Shown in pieces: positions 41,436 to 51,140 of a DNA stretch of 64,000 bases; within the stretch, counting starts at the first letter, position 1, and each line of letters starts with the position of its first letter. The notes beneath the pieces are model-generated. The model ran no database searches. It saw only the letters and a list, made by a program, of their open reading frames with translations, and had not been told where the DNA came from. Both the position numbers and the translations under genes were made by a program. Origin of the DNA: Chloroflexota bacterium (GTDB taxonomy: Bacteria; Chloroflexota; Limnocylindria; Limnocylindrales; CSP1-4); assembly GCA_040755495.1 (NCBI GenBank), contig JBFMAT010000007.1, positions 23,455 through 87,454 on the forward strand, written 5' to 3'.

Positions 41436-43698
41436 GGACGTCCTTGAGCTGCTCGACGCGGCTCATCACCTTGGCCAGCTGGGCCACGGACGCCACCTGG
41501 AGCGTCATCGCGACGACCGCCGTGTGGTCCGAGTTCACGCCCACGTTGGCGGCCAGGATGTTGACCCGGTTCTCGGCCATGACCTGCGTGATGTCCGACA
41601 GCAGGCCCGTCCGGTCGTACGCCTCCACCCGGATCGCGATCGGGTAGGTCTGGGCCGGCGCCGCCTCCCACTCCACGTCGATGAGGCGGCTCACCTCGCG
41701 CTCGTTGAGGACCGTGGGGCAGGAGCGGAGGTGGACGGTGATCCCCTTGCCCCGGGTGATGAAGCCCTGGATGGGGTCGCCCGGGATCGGGTGGCAGCAC
41801 TTCGCGAACCGCACCAGCAGGTCGCCCACGCCCTTGACCCGGACGCCGCCGGTGCGGGCCGGCTGGTGCGGGGCGACCGTGGGCAGCGTGATCTCGCCGT
41901 CGTCGAGGACGCCGAGGCGCATGACGACCGTCTGGGCCGATATGGCCCCGTAGCCGATGGCGGCCAGGAAGTCGTCCACCGTCTCGTGCTGGTAGGCCCT
42001 CGCCACCTCGGCCACCTTGTCGTGGCCGACGGCCTGGAGGCTGGTCCGGGCGAGGCGGCGGAGCTCGCGCTCCAGCGACTCCCGCCCGTGGACGATGTTC
42101 TCCGCGCGGTCCTTCTTCTTGAACCACTGGCGGATCTTCTCCCGGGCGTGGGAGGTGCGGACGAGGTTCAGCCAGTCGCGGGACGGGCCGTGCTCGCCCT
42201 TGGTGGTCACGATCTCGACGATGTCGCCGTTCTTGAGCCGGTAATCGAGCGGGACCAGGCGGTTGTTGACCTTGGCGCCGATCGTGCGGTGCCCGATGTC
42301 GGTGTGGATCCGGTACGCGAAGTCGAGCGGCGTGGCGCCCGCCGGCAGGTCCTTGATGTCGCCGCGCGGCGTGAACACGAACACCTGGTCCTGGAAGATG
42401 TCGAGCTTGATCCCCTCGACGAACTCCGTGGCATCCGACTCGCTGACGTCGCGCTGCCACTCCATGAGCTGGCGGAGCCAGGCGAGCTTGGCGTCGTAGT
42501 CGCGCTCGGCCTTCGACCCCTCCTTGTACCGCCAGTGGGCCGCGATGCCGACCTCGGACACCTGGTGCATCGCGTGGGTCCGGATCTGGATCTCCAGCGG
42601 CTTGCCGTCGAGGGCGATGACCGCCGTGTGGAGCGACTGGTACAGGTTGTTCTTGGGGACGGCGATGTAGTCGTCGAACTGGCCGGGAATGGGGCGCCAG
42701 ATCGAGTGGACGATGCCCAGGGCCGCGTAGCAGTCGCGCACCTCGTCCACCAGCAGGCGGATGGCGTAGACGTCGTAGATCTCGCCGAACTCCGCGCCCT
42801 TGCGCTGCATCTTCTTCCAGATGCTGTAGATGTGCTTCGGGCGGCCCTGGAGCTCGGCCTCGATGCCGGCTTCCGCCAGCCGCGGGCGCAGCTCCTCGAT
42901 CGCCCGCTCGATGTAGCTCTCGCGGCCCTTGCGCCGGGTGTCGAGCAGGCGGGCGAGGTCCCGGTAGGCCTCGGGCTCCAGCGCCTTGAAGCTGAGGTCC
43001 TCGAGCTCCCACTTGATCTGCCAGATCCCGAGCCGCTCCGCCAGCGGCGCGTAGATCTCCATCGTCTGGCGGGCGATGCGCTGCTGCTTCTCGATGCCCA
43101 GCGCGCCCAGCGTCCGCATGTTGTGGAGGCGGTCCGCGAGCTTGATCAGGACGACCCGGATGTCGTCCGCCATGGCCAGGAACATCTTCCGGATGTTCTC
43201 GGCCTGCTGCTGCTCGTGGGAGTGGGTGCTGAAGCGGGACAGCTTGGTGACGCCGTCCACGAGGTGGGCGACCTCCGGCCCGAAGCGCTCCTCGACGTCG
43301 GCGAGGCTGGACTCGGTGTCCTCGGGGACGTCGTGGAGCAGCGCGGCCGCCACGGCCACGGGATCGAGGCCCAGGTCGGCGAGGATCTGGGCCGAGGCGA
43401 TCGGGTGCGTGACGTAGGGCTCGCCGGATGCGCGGACCTGCGTCGCGTGCGCCTCGACCGCGAGGTCGAACGCGCGGTCCACGATCGAGAGGTCCGGCTG
43501 CTGCTGGTGCTCGCGGAGCGAGGCGAGGAGCTGGCGGCGCAGCTCGTCGAGGTCCCAGGTCTCGGCGGTCCTGTCCGGCGCGGCCGCGCGGCGAGGTCCC
43601 CGGCGCTGGCCGGCGCCGGTCGCGGGCGCAGCCTTCGTCGCGGCGGCGCGCGTCGCGGCGAGCGGCACCTCGGGATCGCGGACGACCGGTTCTGCCAT
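41410..43698 (-). CDS. rel: Bifunctional (p)ppGpp synthetase/hydrolase (RelA/SpoT homologue)
   Basis: 762-aa ORF. HD domain (YVTHPI..AQILADLGLD...AALLHDVPEDT), synthetase domain (IYSIWKKM, DVYAIRL, YQSLHT), TGS domain (VFVFTPRGDIKDLP.GATPLDFAY) and a C-terminal ACT domain. Confidence 0.95.
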   Translation of the reverse strand: MAEPVVRDPEVPLAATRAAATKAAPATGAGQRRGPRRAAAPDRTAETWDLDELRRQLLASLREHQQQPDLSIVDRAFDLAVEAHATQVRASGEPYVTHPIASAQILADLGLDPVAVAAALLHDVPEDTESSLADVEERFGPEVAHLVDGVTKLSRFSTHSHEQQQAENIRKMFLAMADDIRVVLIKLADRLHNMRTLGALGIEKQQRIARQTMEIYAPLAERLGIWQIKWELEDLSFKALEPEAYRDLARLLDTRRKGRESYIERAIEELRPRLAEAGIEAELQGRPKHIYSIWKKMQRKGAEFGEIYDVYAIRLLVDEVRDCYAALGIVHSIWRPIPGQFDDYIAVPKNNLYQSLHTAVIALDGKPLEIQIRTHAMHQVSEVGIAAHWRYKEGSKAERDYDAKLAWLRQLMEWQRDVSESDATEFVEGIKLDIFQDQVFVFTPRGDIKDLPAGATPLDFAYRIHTDIGHRTIGAKVNNRLVPLDYRLKNGDIVEIVTTKGEHGPSRDWLNLVRTSHAREKIRQWFKKKDRAENIVHGRESLERELRRLARTSLQAVGHDKVAEVARAYQHETVDDFLAAIGYGAISAQTVVMRLGVLDDGEITLPTVAPHQPARTGGVRVKGVGDLLVRFAKCCHPIPGDPIQGFITRGKGITVHLRSCPTVLNEREVSRLIDVEWEAAPAQTYPIAIRVEAYDRTGLLSDITQVMAENRVNILAANVGVNSDHTAVVAMTLQVASVAQLAKVMSRVEQLKDVLSVQRDLS

Positions 43699-43743
43699 GC
43701 GTGGGAGTCTACTCCGCCGGGCGCCTGGCCCCGATCGTGGGGG

Positions 43744-44460
43744 TCAGCCCAGGAGGGCCACCGCGAGCTCGCCGGCCAGCCGCATGCCGCCGCCGGCCGC
43801 GATCCTGACGCTCGTCAGCCGGATGGGCAGGTCCTCGCCGCCCTGGAGCAACGTGATCTCCCGGCCGGCCGCGGGGCCGTCGCTCACGGTGACGACGAGG
43901 TCGCCGGCCGCGGTCACCGACAGCCGGCCGTGGACGGCGACACCCAGGCTGACCGAGATCCGGTCGGGCGCCGTGAGGGTGACCGATGCCGGGCGCGTGC
44001 CGAGCTCCGCCTCGAGCGCGTCCGCCACCAGGCGCCCGGCCTGCGCGGCCTCCACGGTGGTCGTCGCGGTGACGACCTCGCCGCCACCGCCCAGCGTGAT
44101 GGACTCGAGGCGCACCTCGCGGGCGCCCACGTTGGGCACCACGACGTCGCTGAGCCGCCCGTCGACCGACCCCGCCGTGCGGTCCACGATCGCCACGTCG
44201 CCCAGCGTCACGTCCAGCGCGCCGATCTCGAGGCCCCGGAACGTGGCGTCCGTCGCGCGGACTCGGACCCGGTCCGCGTGCAGCCCGACGAGATCGGTCG
44301 GCGGGTCGCTGGTCACGGTGACGGTCGTGTCGTCCGACTGGAGGCCGGCGGCGGTGACGCCGGCGGTCAGGACCCCGGCGAACAGCGCGGGCAGCCCCAC
44401 GACCACGACCAGCGCGACCGTCACCAGGCCCAGCGCGATGACGAACAGGCAGCCACGCAC
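43744..44460 (-). CDS. DUF2993 (LmeA-like) membrane-anchored protein
   Basis: GTG at 44460 lies 2 nt after the murE stop. It has an N-terminal TM (CLFVIALGLVTVALVVVVGL) and repeated beta-rich segments (V.VRATDATFRGLEIGALDVTLGDV...). The family call is from memory of typical DUF2993 sequences. Confidence 0.65.
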   Translation of the reverse strand: MRGCLFVIALGLVTVALVVVVGLPALFAGVLTAGVTAAGLQSDDTTVTVTSDPPTDLVGLHADRVRVRATDATFRGLEIGALDVTLGDVAIVDRTAGSVDGRLSDVVVPNVGAREVRLESITLGGGGEVVTATTTVEAAQAGRLVADALEAELGTRPASVTLTAPDRISVSLGVAVHGRLSVTAAGDLVVTVSDGPAAGREITLLQGGEDLPIRLTSVRIAAGGGMRLAGELAVALLG

Positions 44461-44462
44461 GC

Positions 44463-46115
44463 TCAGCGCGCCCCGTGGCCGAGCTCGGCGAGGACCTCGC
44501 GCGCGACCCGCGCCTCGTCCCATGCGATCGCGCCGTCCGCGTACAGGATCGTGGGTTCGTGGCCCTTGCCCGCGAGCAGCACGACGTCGCCGGGCCGGGC
44601 CCGCTCGAACGCGGCCCGGATCGCGTCACGGCGGTCGGCGATCGCGAGGACGTCGGTCCCCCGCCGGCGGCCGGCGGACTCCGCGCCGCGGACGATCGCC
44701 TCGATGATCGCGTGGCGGTCCTCGCCGCGGGGGTCCTCGTCGGTGGCCACCACGAGGCGGCAGCGCTCGCCGGCGATCCGGCCCATGACCCCGCGCTTGG
44801 CCGTGTCGCGCTCCCCCGCCGAGCCGAACACCGCGATCGTCGCTCCGCCCCGGGCCTGCGCGACCGGCGCCAGCAGGTCCAGCACGCCCTGGAGCGAGGC
44901 CGGGGAGTGCGCGTAGTCGACGATCACCGCGAACGGCTGGCCCGCCTCCACGCGCTCCATCCGGCCGGGCACGCCGGACACGGACTCGAGGCCCGCCCGG
45001 ACCGCAACCGGGTCGAGGCCCAGCGCCTCGCCCAGGGCCACGACCGCCAGCGTGTTGTGGACGTTGAACCGCCCGGCGAGACGGAGGTCGAGCGTCCCGG
45101 CGCCGGACGGCGCGGCGTAGCCGACCCGGAGGCGGTGGGCATCCTCTTCGATCGCGGTGGCCCGGACGTCCGCGCCCGGGTCCGTGCCGTAGGTCAGGAG
45201 CCGGGCACCCGCCTGCCGGGTCGCCGCCGCGAACCACGCGGCGGAGGGATCGTCGGCGTTGACGATCCCGGCCTTGGGCCACGGGTGGCCGGCGACGGTC
45301 TTGGCCGGGTTGTCGGGCCCGGGCGCGAGCCGCTCGAACAGGCGGAGCTTGGCGGCCCGGTAGCGCTCGAACGTGCCGTGGAGCTCGAGGTGCTCGTGGG
45401 TCAGGTTGGTGAACACCGCCGCGTCCCAGGCGATGCCGGCCACGCGGTCCAGCTCCAGGGCGTGCGAGGTCGTCTCGATGACCGCGACCTCGTTGCCCGC
45501 GCCGGCCATGGCCCGCAGGGCGGCCTGGAGGGCGGGCGCGGCGGGCGTGGTGACGTGGGCCTCGTGGCGCTCGCGCGCCGCGCCGACCTTCGTCTCGACC
45601 GTGCCCAGCATCCCGGTCGAGCGGCCGGCCGCCTCGAGCGCCGCGACGGCGAGGAACGAGGTCGTCGTCTTGCCGTCCGTGCCGGTGATGCCGATCGTGC
45701 CCAGCTCGCGCGACGGGTCGCCGTACCACCAGGCCGCGGCCGTCGCGAGCGCCGGGCGCACGTCGCCCACCACGAGCTGCGCGATGCCGGCGCCCCGGAC
45801 CTCGCGCTCCACGATCGCCGCCGCCGCCCCGGCGGCGGCGGCGCGGGCCACGAAGTCGTGCCCGTCCACGTGGAAGCCGCGCAGCGCGACGAACAGCGAC
45901 CCCGGCCGCACGTCGCGCGAGTCCTCGACGACACCCCGCACCTCGATGGCCGGCACGCCGGCCGCCGTCTCGCGTCCGGCCGCCCCCCCGGCGCCCACGG
46001 TCGCCTGCAGCAGCCCGGCCGCCCCCAGGCGCGCCACGAGGCCCGCCAGGGCACGCGCGTCGCGGGGCTCCGCGGCGGCGATCAGCGCCTCGACCGACGG
46101 CCCGCCGGCGGTCAT
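44463..46115 (-). CDS. murE: UDP-N-acetylmuramoyl-L-alanyl-D-glutamate--diamino-acid ligase (MurE)
   Basis: ATG at 46115 (ATGA overlap with the femAB stop) gives 550 aa. Motifs are DSRDVRPGSLFVAL.G...DGH.F, GITGTDGKTTT, HVTTP, ETTSHAL, GRFNV.N, GRMERV, VVDYAH.P and FG..GERD. The DNPR position reads EDPR (44727-44738). Confidence 0.92.
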   Translation of the reverse strand: MTAGGPSVEALIAAAEPRDARALAGLVARLGAAGLLQATVGAGGAAGRETAAGVPAIEVRGVVEDSRDVRPGSLFVALRGFHVDGHDFVARAAAAGAAAAIVEREVRGAGIAQLVVGDVRPALATAAAWWYGDPSRELGTIGITGTDGKTTTSFLAVAALEAAGRSTGMLGTVETKVGAARERHEAHVTTPAAPALQAALRAMAGAGNEVAVIETTSHALELDRVAGIAWDAAVFTNLTHEHLELHGTFERYRAAKLRLFERLAPGPDNPAKTVAGHPWPKAGIVNADDPSAAWFAAATRQAGARLLTYGTDPGADVRATAIEEDAHRLRVGYAAPSGAGTLDLRLAGRFNVHNTLAVVALGEALGLDPVAVRAGLESVSGVPGRMERVEAGQPFAVIVDYAHSPASLQGVLDLLAPVAQARGGATIAVFGSAGERDTAKRGVMGRIAGERCRLVVATDEDPRGEDRHAIIEAIVRGAESAGRRRGTDVLAIADRRDAIRAAFERARPGDVVLLAGKGHEPTILYADGAIAWDEARVAREVLAELGHGAR

Positions 46116-47296
46116 CGGCCGCCCCCGCGCCCGAGCAGCCGCGTGGCGCGCGCCAGGCCCCGTCCGACCGCGTATCGCCACGGCCGGAGGACCGCTTCGT
46201 GCGCCCCGGCCAGTGCCACCCAGCGTGCCCCGAAGCTGCGCTTGTGCTCGTACAGGCCGAACGTCGCCTCGCCCGGCTCCGGCTGCCGGCGGGCGCCGGC
46301 GACGTCGACGCCGCCGAGGTCCATCTCGGTGCGTCCCTCCGCGAGCGCGAGCTCGATCGCGCGCCAGCGGAGCAGATGCATCGTGCCCGGGTGCACGGGA
46401 CGGCTCCCGGCGACGTCCGCGGAGTGGACGGTCGACAGCCGGCGGCCATGGCGGTACAGCACGAGGCCCCCCAGGACCGCCCCGGGGCCGTGGCTGCCGG
46501 TGCCAGCGTCGCGCTCGCCGTCATCGCTGCGCTCGCCGTCCTCGCGGCCCTCGTGCGCCTCCAGGTAGACGAGGTGGCCGGCGGCCAGCGCCCGCACCCA
46601 CCAGGCCACGAACCCGCCGGGGGCCCCCAGCCCGAACCCGCGCCGCTCCCCCGTCGCGCGCAACAGGTCGTAGAACCGGCGCAGCGCGGCCTCACCGGGC
46701 TCTCCGGGCGCGACGAACCCCTCGAGCGGCGTGGCCCGCGCGTCGTGGCGGACGACCACGACCCCGTCCCGCTCCGCGCGCCGGATCCGCTGCCGGGTGG
46801 TCTTGGCGACGCCGGCGAGCACGGCCGCCGGGTCGCGGTTCTCGGGCAGCGCCAGCGCGGTGCGGTGCCGCGACGGCTGGATCTCCTCGATCGGCCGGAA
46901 GCGTGCGGACGCGAGCGCCGCGCGATAGCCGGCATCGTCCTCGGCCACCTCCGGGTCGGCGGCGACGACGTCCAGGCCGTCCGCGGCGAGGAACGCCGTG
47001 ACGGCCGCCAGCGCCACGCCGATCGCCGGCCCAGAGCCGTCCCCGGTCCACGGCCGGCCGGGTCCCACGGGACCGCGGGGCAGGTACGCCGATCCGCCGC
47101 CCAGTCCGGGCCACGGCCGGACCAGCGCCAGCGCGCGAACGTCGCCGACGGCCAGGAACCGGGGCCGCCAGCCGCCGGCCGCGCGATGCGCCGCCCAGGC
47201 CCGCGACTGGAGGACGTGCCCGCCGGCCGCGTCGACCGCCGCGGCGTCCCAGCCGTCGAGCTCGGCGCCCGAGAGCTCGCGGACCGCCTCGGTCAC
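46112..47296 (-). CDS. FemAB-family peptidoglycan bridge-forming aminoacyltransferase (paralogue 1)
   Basis: GTG at 47296 (GTGA overlap with the upstream femAB stop) gives 394 aa. Motifs are HVLQSRAWA, KTTRQRIRRAER.GV, LVLYRHGRRLSTVHSA and HLLRWRAIELALAEGRTEMDLGGVD. It carries an acidic insertion, EGREDGERSDDGERD. Confidence 0.8.
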   Translation of the reverse strand: MTEAVRELSGAELDGWDAAAVDAAGGHVLQSRAWAAHRAAGGWRPRFLAVGDVRALALVRPWPGLGGGSAYLPRGPVGPGRPWTGDGSGPAIGVALAAVTAFLAADGLDVVAADPEVAEDDAGYRAALASARFRPIEEIQPSRHRTALALPENRDPAAVLAGVAKTTRQRIRRAERDGVVVVRHDARATPLEGFVAPGEPGEAALRRFYDLLRATGERRGFGLGAPGGFVAWWVRALAAGHLVYLEAHEGREDGERSDDGERDAGTGSHGPGAVLGGLVLYRHGRRLSTVHSADVAGSRPVHPGTMHLLRWRAIELALAEGRTEMDLGGVDVAGARRQPEPGEATFGLYEHKRSFGARWVALAGAHEAVLRPWRYAVGRGLARATRLLGRGGGR

Positions 47297-48447
47297 CCGT
47301 CGCCCCCGTCCCCGGCGCCGTCGGGGGAGACCGAGCCCGCGTAGCCCGCGGCCGTCGCGCCACCGGCACCGCGCAGCCCGTGGCGCAGCCGCTCGACGCG
47401 GACCCTCGCCCGCTGCGCGACCACGTACGTCCGGCGACCGAACGCGTCGAGCACGAGGTCCCAGGCCCCGACGTACCGGATCTCGCGGCCGCCGAACCCG
47501 GTCTTGAAGTGGGCGATGCCGGGGTGCGCGAGGCCCCACAGGTCGTAGACCGCCGCGCCGGCCGCCTTCGAGCTCCGGATGGCCTCCCACTTGAGCAGGT
47601 AGTTCGCCCGGCTGTCCGCGCCGGCCTGGGTCATGCCGCCGTACGGCTCCACGACCCGCGTCCCCGCCCGGACGAGGAACAGCGTGGCGGCCGGCGTCCC
47701 GTCGGGCAGCTCCGCGAACAGCAGGCGGGCGTGCCCGGCCGGCGCGAAGGCGTCCCAGACGTCGCGGTACGCCGACGGCGCCCGGATCAGGAACCCGGCC
47801 CGGTCCGCCGTCTCGCGGTAGATCCGGTAGAACTCGTCCAGGCGCTCCGGGCCGGCGTCCACGACCCGCACGCCGCCCGTGCGCGCCTTGTTCACGTACT
47901 GGCGCCACTTCTTGCGCAGGTCGGCCCACAGGGCGTCCTCGTCCGCGGTGAGGTCGATGGCACGCGTGGACACGGGCTGGATCGGCGGCGCGGGGCGCCA
48001 GCCGGCGGCCCGGAGGGCGTCGCTGACCGCGCCGCCGGCGTCGGGGCCGGTGCCCGCCTCGACCTCGGGGTCGATCCGCAGGTGGCTGACGCGCATGCCC
48101 GCCCGCAGGCCGTCGCGGACCAGCCCGGTCACGCGCGCGATCGTGAGGCCGTCCCAGGCCTCCAGCACGGGTCCGCGCGGGGCGTACGCGAATGCCCACG
48201 GGAGCGGCCCCGGCCGCCGGAGCAGCACCTGGGCGCCCACTCCGGGCAGGCCCGGCTCGCCGGGCGCCAGGAGGCGGCGCGCGGACCAGCCGTTGACGGC
48301 CTTGACCCGCGCCCAGCCGGCGAGCTGGAGGTAGGAGCCCCGCGGGTTGGCCTCGACGAACGCGTCCCACGCGGCCGCGTCGGCATCGGCGACGGCCGGC
48401 AACGAGGGCGAGGTGCGGGGGCCTGCGTCGGCGGGACGGCCGGTCAT
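47293..48447 (-). CDS. FemAB-family peptidoglycan bridge-forming aminoacyltransferase (paralogue 2)
   Basis: ATG at 48447 (ATGA overlap with the murJ stop) gives 384 aa. Motifs are SYLQLAGWARVK, LRKKWRQYVNKARTGGV, FYRIYRETADRAGF, EPYGGMT and NYLLKWEAIRSSKAAGAAVYDLWG. Confidence 0.85.
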   Translation of the reverse strand: MTGRPADAGPRTSPSLPAVADADAAAWDAFVEANPRGSYLQLAGWARVKAVNGWSARRLLAPGEPGLPGVGAQVLLRRPGPLPWAFAYAPRGPVLEAWDGLTIARVTGLVRDGLRAGMRVSHLRIDPEVEAGTGPDAGGAVSDALRAAGWRPAPPIQPVSTRAIDLTADEDALWADLRKKWRQYVNKARTGGVRVVDAGPERLDEFYRIYRETADRAGFLIRAPSAYRDVWDAFAPAGHARLLFAELPDGTPAATLFLVRAGTRVVEPYGGMTQAGADSRANYLLKWEAIRSSKAAGAAVYDLWGLAHPGIAHFKTGFGGREIRYVGAWDLVLDAFGRRTYVVAQRARVRVERLRHGLRGAGGATAAGYAGSVSPDGAGDGGDG

Positions 48448-50117
48448 GCGCGGCCGCGACGGCGGAGGAGGTCGACCACGACCCCGACGATACGGCGAGG
48501 CTCCTCGGTCCGCAACGCGAGCGACCCGGCCACGATCACCGCGCCGCCGGCGGCGACCGCGAGGCCGGCGCGCAGCAGCAGCGCGATGACCCCGGGTGAC
48601 TCGCCCCACGACGCGAGGAGCAGCTGCGTCACCCCGAGCGCGACCGCGGCGCCCAGCGCGGACGCGATCGCCGACCGCGCCATCACCCCGCCCACGTGCC
48701 CCAGGCCCAGCCCCGGCAGCCGGCGACGCAGCAGCAGGACCAGGGTCGCGAGCTCCAGCCACGCCGAGGCCGCGATCGCCGCCGCGAGTCCGGTCAGCCC
48801 GAGCGGCCCGACGAGCACGATCCCGAGCACGATGTTCGAGCCCACCGCGACCAGCGCCGCCGCCACCGGGGTCGCCGTGTCCTGGTGCGCGTAGAACGCC
48901 CGGGCGACGACGGCGATCAGCGAGTGCGCCGTGAGCCCCACCAGGAACACCGCGAGGGTGAGGGCCGTGCGCTCGAGGGCGTCCTCGCCGATCGAGCCGT
49001 AGCCGAACAGCAGCCGCGTCACGTCCTCGGCCACGACGATCCCGAGCGCCGCGATCGCGATCATCACCCAGGCCAGCATGCCCAGGCCACCAACGAGCAG
49101 CCGCCGGAACGCCTCCACGCCGCCGGTCGCCGCCTCGCGCGAGAGCGAGGGCAGGAGCACGACGCCCAGCGGCACGCCGATCACGCCGATCGGGATCTGG
49201 AGCACGGCGAAGGCGAAGTTGAACACGCTGATCGAACCGGGCTCGAGCGACGACGCGAGGCCGGTCATGACGATGAACACGAGCTGGGTCGAGCCCAGGC
49301 CGATCGCCCGCGGCGCCATCAGGAACAGCGCCCGGCGGGCCTCCGGGTCGTCGAGGCGGATCCTTGGCCGGATCCGGGCGCCGACCCGCCGCAGCGCCGG
49401 CAGCTGGACCAGCACGTGCCCGATCGCGCCCGCCACGACGCCCAGCGCCAGGCCCGTGACCCCGAACGCCGGCACGAGCAGCACGGCGCCGCCGATGATC
49501 GCGAGGTTGTAGACGAGCGGGGCCATCGCCGCGGCCCCGAACCGGCCCCGGGCATTGAGCACGCTCGTGGCGACCGCGCCGGCGGCGAGGAACAGCGGCG
49601 ACAGGACCATGATCCGCGTCAGCTCCACGGTCCGGGCCACGGACGCCTCGTCGAAGCCCGGCGTGATCGGCGGCACGAGCTGGGGGGCGGCCGCGAGCAC
49701 GATCGCCGCCAGCACGAGCAGCGCGCCCAGCATCAGCGTCGTGACCGTGGACACGACCCGCCAGGCACGCGCCTCCTCGTCGGTGGCGAACAGCGCGGCC
49801 ACGACGGGGATCAGCGCGGACGACAGCGCGCCGGCGGCGACCAGCTGGAACAGGAAGTCCGGGATCCGGAACGCGGCGAAGAAGGCGTCGAGCTCGGGGC
49901 CGACGGGCACGGCGTTGGCGATGACCACGTACCGCACGTAGCCCAGGATCCGCGACAGCAGGAACGCGAAGGTCACGATCAGCCCGGCCCGGGCGAGGGT
50001 GCGCGCGGTCGATCCGCCCGGCCCGGCCGTCGTGGCGTCCGCGGCCGTCACGGCGCCTGCGGCCGCCGGGCCCAGCACCGGCGTCGCCTCGCCGACCGTC
50101 GCGGCGCTGTCGTCCAT
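48444..50117 (-). CDS. murJ: Lipid II flippase MurJ (MviN family)
   Basis: 557-aa ORF. Motifs SRILGYVRYVVIANAVPVGPELDAFFAAFRIPDFLFQLVAAGALSSALIPV, about 14 TM. Confidence 0.9.
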   Translation of the reverse strand: MDDSAATVGEATPVLGPAAAGAVTAADATTAGPGGSTARTLARAGLIVTFAFLLSRILGYVRYVVIANAVPVGPELDAFFAAFRIPDFLFQLVAAGALSSALIPVVAALFATDEEARAWRVVSTVTTLMLGALLVLAAIVLAAAPQLVPPITPGFDEASVARTVELTRIMVLSPLFLAAGAVATSVLNARGRFGAAAMAPLVYNLAIIGGAVLLVPAFGVTGLALGVVAGAIGHVLVQLPALRRVGARIRPRIRLDDPEARRALFLMAPRAIGLGSTQLVFIVMTGLASSLEPGSISVFNFAFAVLQIPIGVIGVPLGVVLLPSLSREAATGGVEAFRRLLVGGLGMLAWVMIAIAALGIVVAEDVTRLLFGYGSIGEDALERTALTLAVFLVGLTAHSLIAVVARAFYAHQDTATPVAAALVAVGSNIVLGIVLVGPLGLTGLAAAIAASAWLELATLVLLLRRRLPGLGLGHVGGVMARSAIASALGAAVALGVTQLLLASWGESPGVIALLLRAGLAVAAGGAVIVAGSLALRTEEPRRIVGVVVDLLRRRGRA

Positions 50118-51124
50118 CAGGTCGCCCGGGCGCGGGGGTGCGCCAGCCGGTACGCGTCCCGGAGGCGGGACGGCGAGACGTGGGTGTAGACCTGGGTCGT
50201 GGACAGGCTCTCGTGCCCCAGGAGCTCCTGCACCACGCGCAGGTCCGCCCCGCCCTCGAGCAGGTGGGTGGCGAAGCTGTGCCGCAGCGTGTGGGGCGTG
50301 ATCCCGTCGGGCAGGCCAGCCCGCCGCCGCAGCCGGTCCAGGCGCCCCCGCAGCCCGCGGACCCCGAGCGGGTCCCCTCGGTGGTTGAGGAACACGGCGG
50401 TCGGGGCGTCGAGGTCCGGCGAGCGCCGCCCGTCGAGCTCGGGGCGACCCTCCTCGAGGTACGCCGCGAGCGCTTCGCGCGCCGGGCGGCCCAGCAGGCC
50501 GACCCGCTCCTTGCGCCCCTTGCCCATCACCCGCAGCTCGCCGCGACGGAGGTCGAGGCTGCCGAGCTCGGCGGCGGCCAGCTCGCTGATCCGGAGCCCG
50601 GCGGCGTAGGCGGTCTCGACCAGGGCCAGGTCGCGCAGCGCGATCGCGCGGGCCAGCGCCGGGTCACGGCGGGCGGTCGTGCGGCCCGTCGACGCGGGGG
50701 CGAGCCCCCCGGCAGCGTCCCCTGCCGCGCCCGCCTCCGCCGCCTCGAGGTCCGCGTGCACCGCCTCGATCAGCCGCTCGATCTGGTCCACCTCGAGCAC
50801 CTTCGGCAGGCGGCGGGGCAGCCGGGGGGTCGAGATCGCGCCCCACGGGTCGCCGGGCGCGAGGCCGGACCGGGCCGCGTAGCGGTGGAACGAGCGGAGG
50901 GCCGCCATCCGCTGCGCGACCGAGCTCTTGGCATGCCCCGACGTCAGCTCCGCGAGGTACGCGCGCAGCACGGGCCGGGCGGGCGACCGCCAGTCCGCGC
51001 CGTGGGCCTCGAGCCAGCCGAGGTACGCCCTGAGTGCCGTCTCGTACGACCGGCGCGTCTCCGGCGAGGCGTCGCGGGCCTCGAGCGAGCGCAGGAACCG
51101 CCGGAGCGCCTCGGTGCCCGTCAC
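50117..51124 (-). CDS. Tyrosine recombinase, XerC/XerD family
   Basis: GTG at 51124 gives 335 aa. It has an N-terminal SAM-like domain (FLRSLEARDASPETRRSYETALRAYLGWL) and catalytic residues in context (RISEL, GKGRKER, HTLRHSFATHLLEGGADLRVVQELLGHESLSTTQVYTHV). The stop overlaps the murJ ATG (TGATG). Confidence 0.9.
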   Translation of the reverse strand: MTGTEALRRFLRSLEARDASPETRRSYETALRAYLGWLEAHGADWRSPARPVLRAYLAELTSGHAKSSVAQRMAALRSFHRYAARSGLAPGDPWGAISTPRLPRRLPKVLEVDQIERLIEAVHADLEAAEAGAAGDAAGGLAPASTGRTTARRDPALARAIALRDLALVETAYAAGLRISELAAAELGSLDLRRGELRVMGKGRKERVGLLGRPAREALAAYLEEGRPELDGRRSPDLDAPTAVFLNHRGDPLGVRGLRGRLDRLRRRAGLPDGITPHTLRHSFATHLLEGGADLRVVQELLGHESLSTTQVYTHVSPSRLRDAYRLAHPRARAT

Positions 51125-51140
51125 GCCGCCGCGGCCCGGC

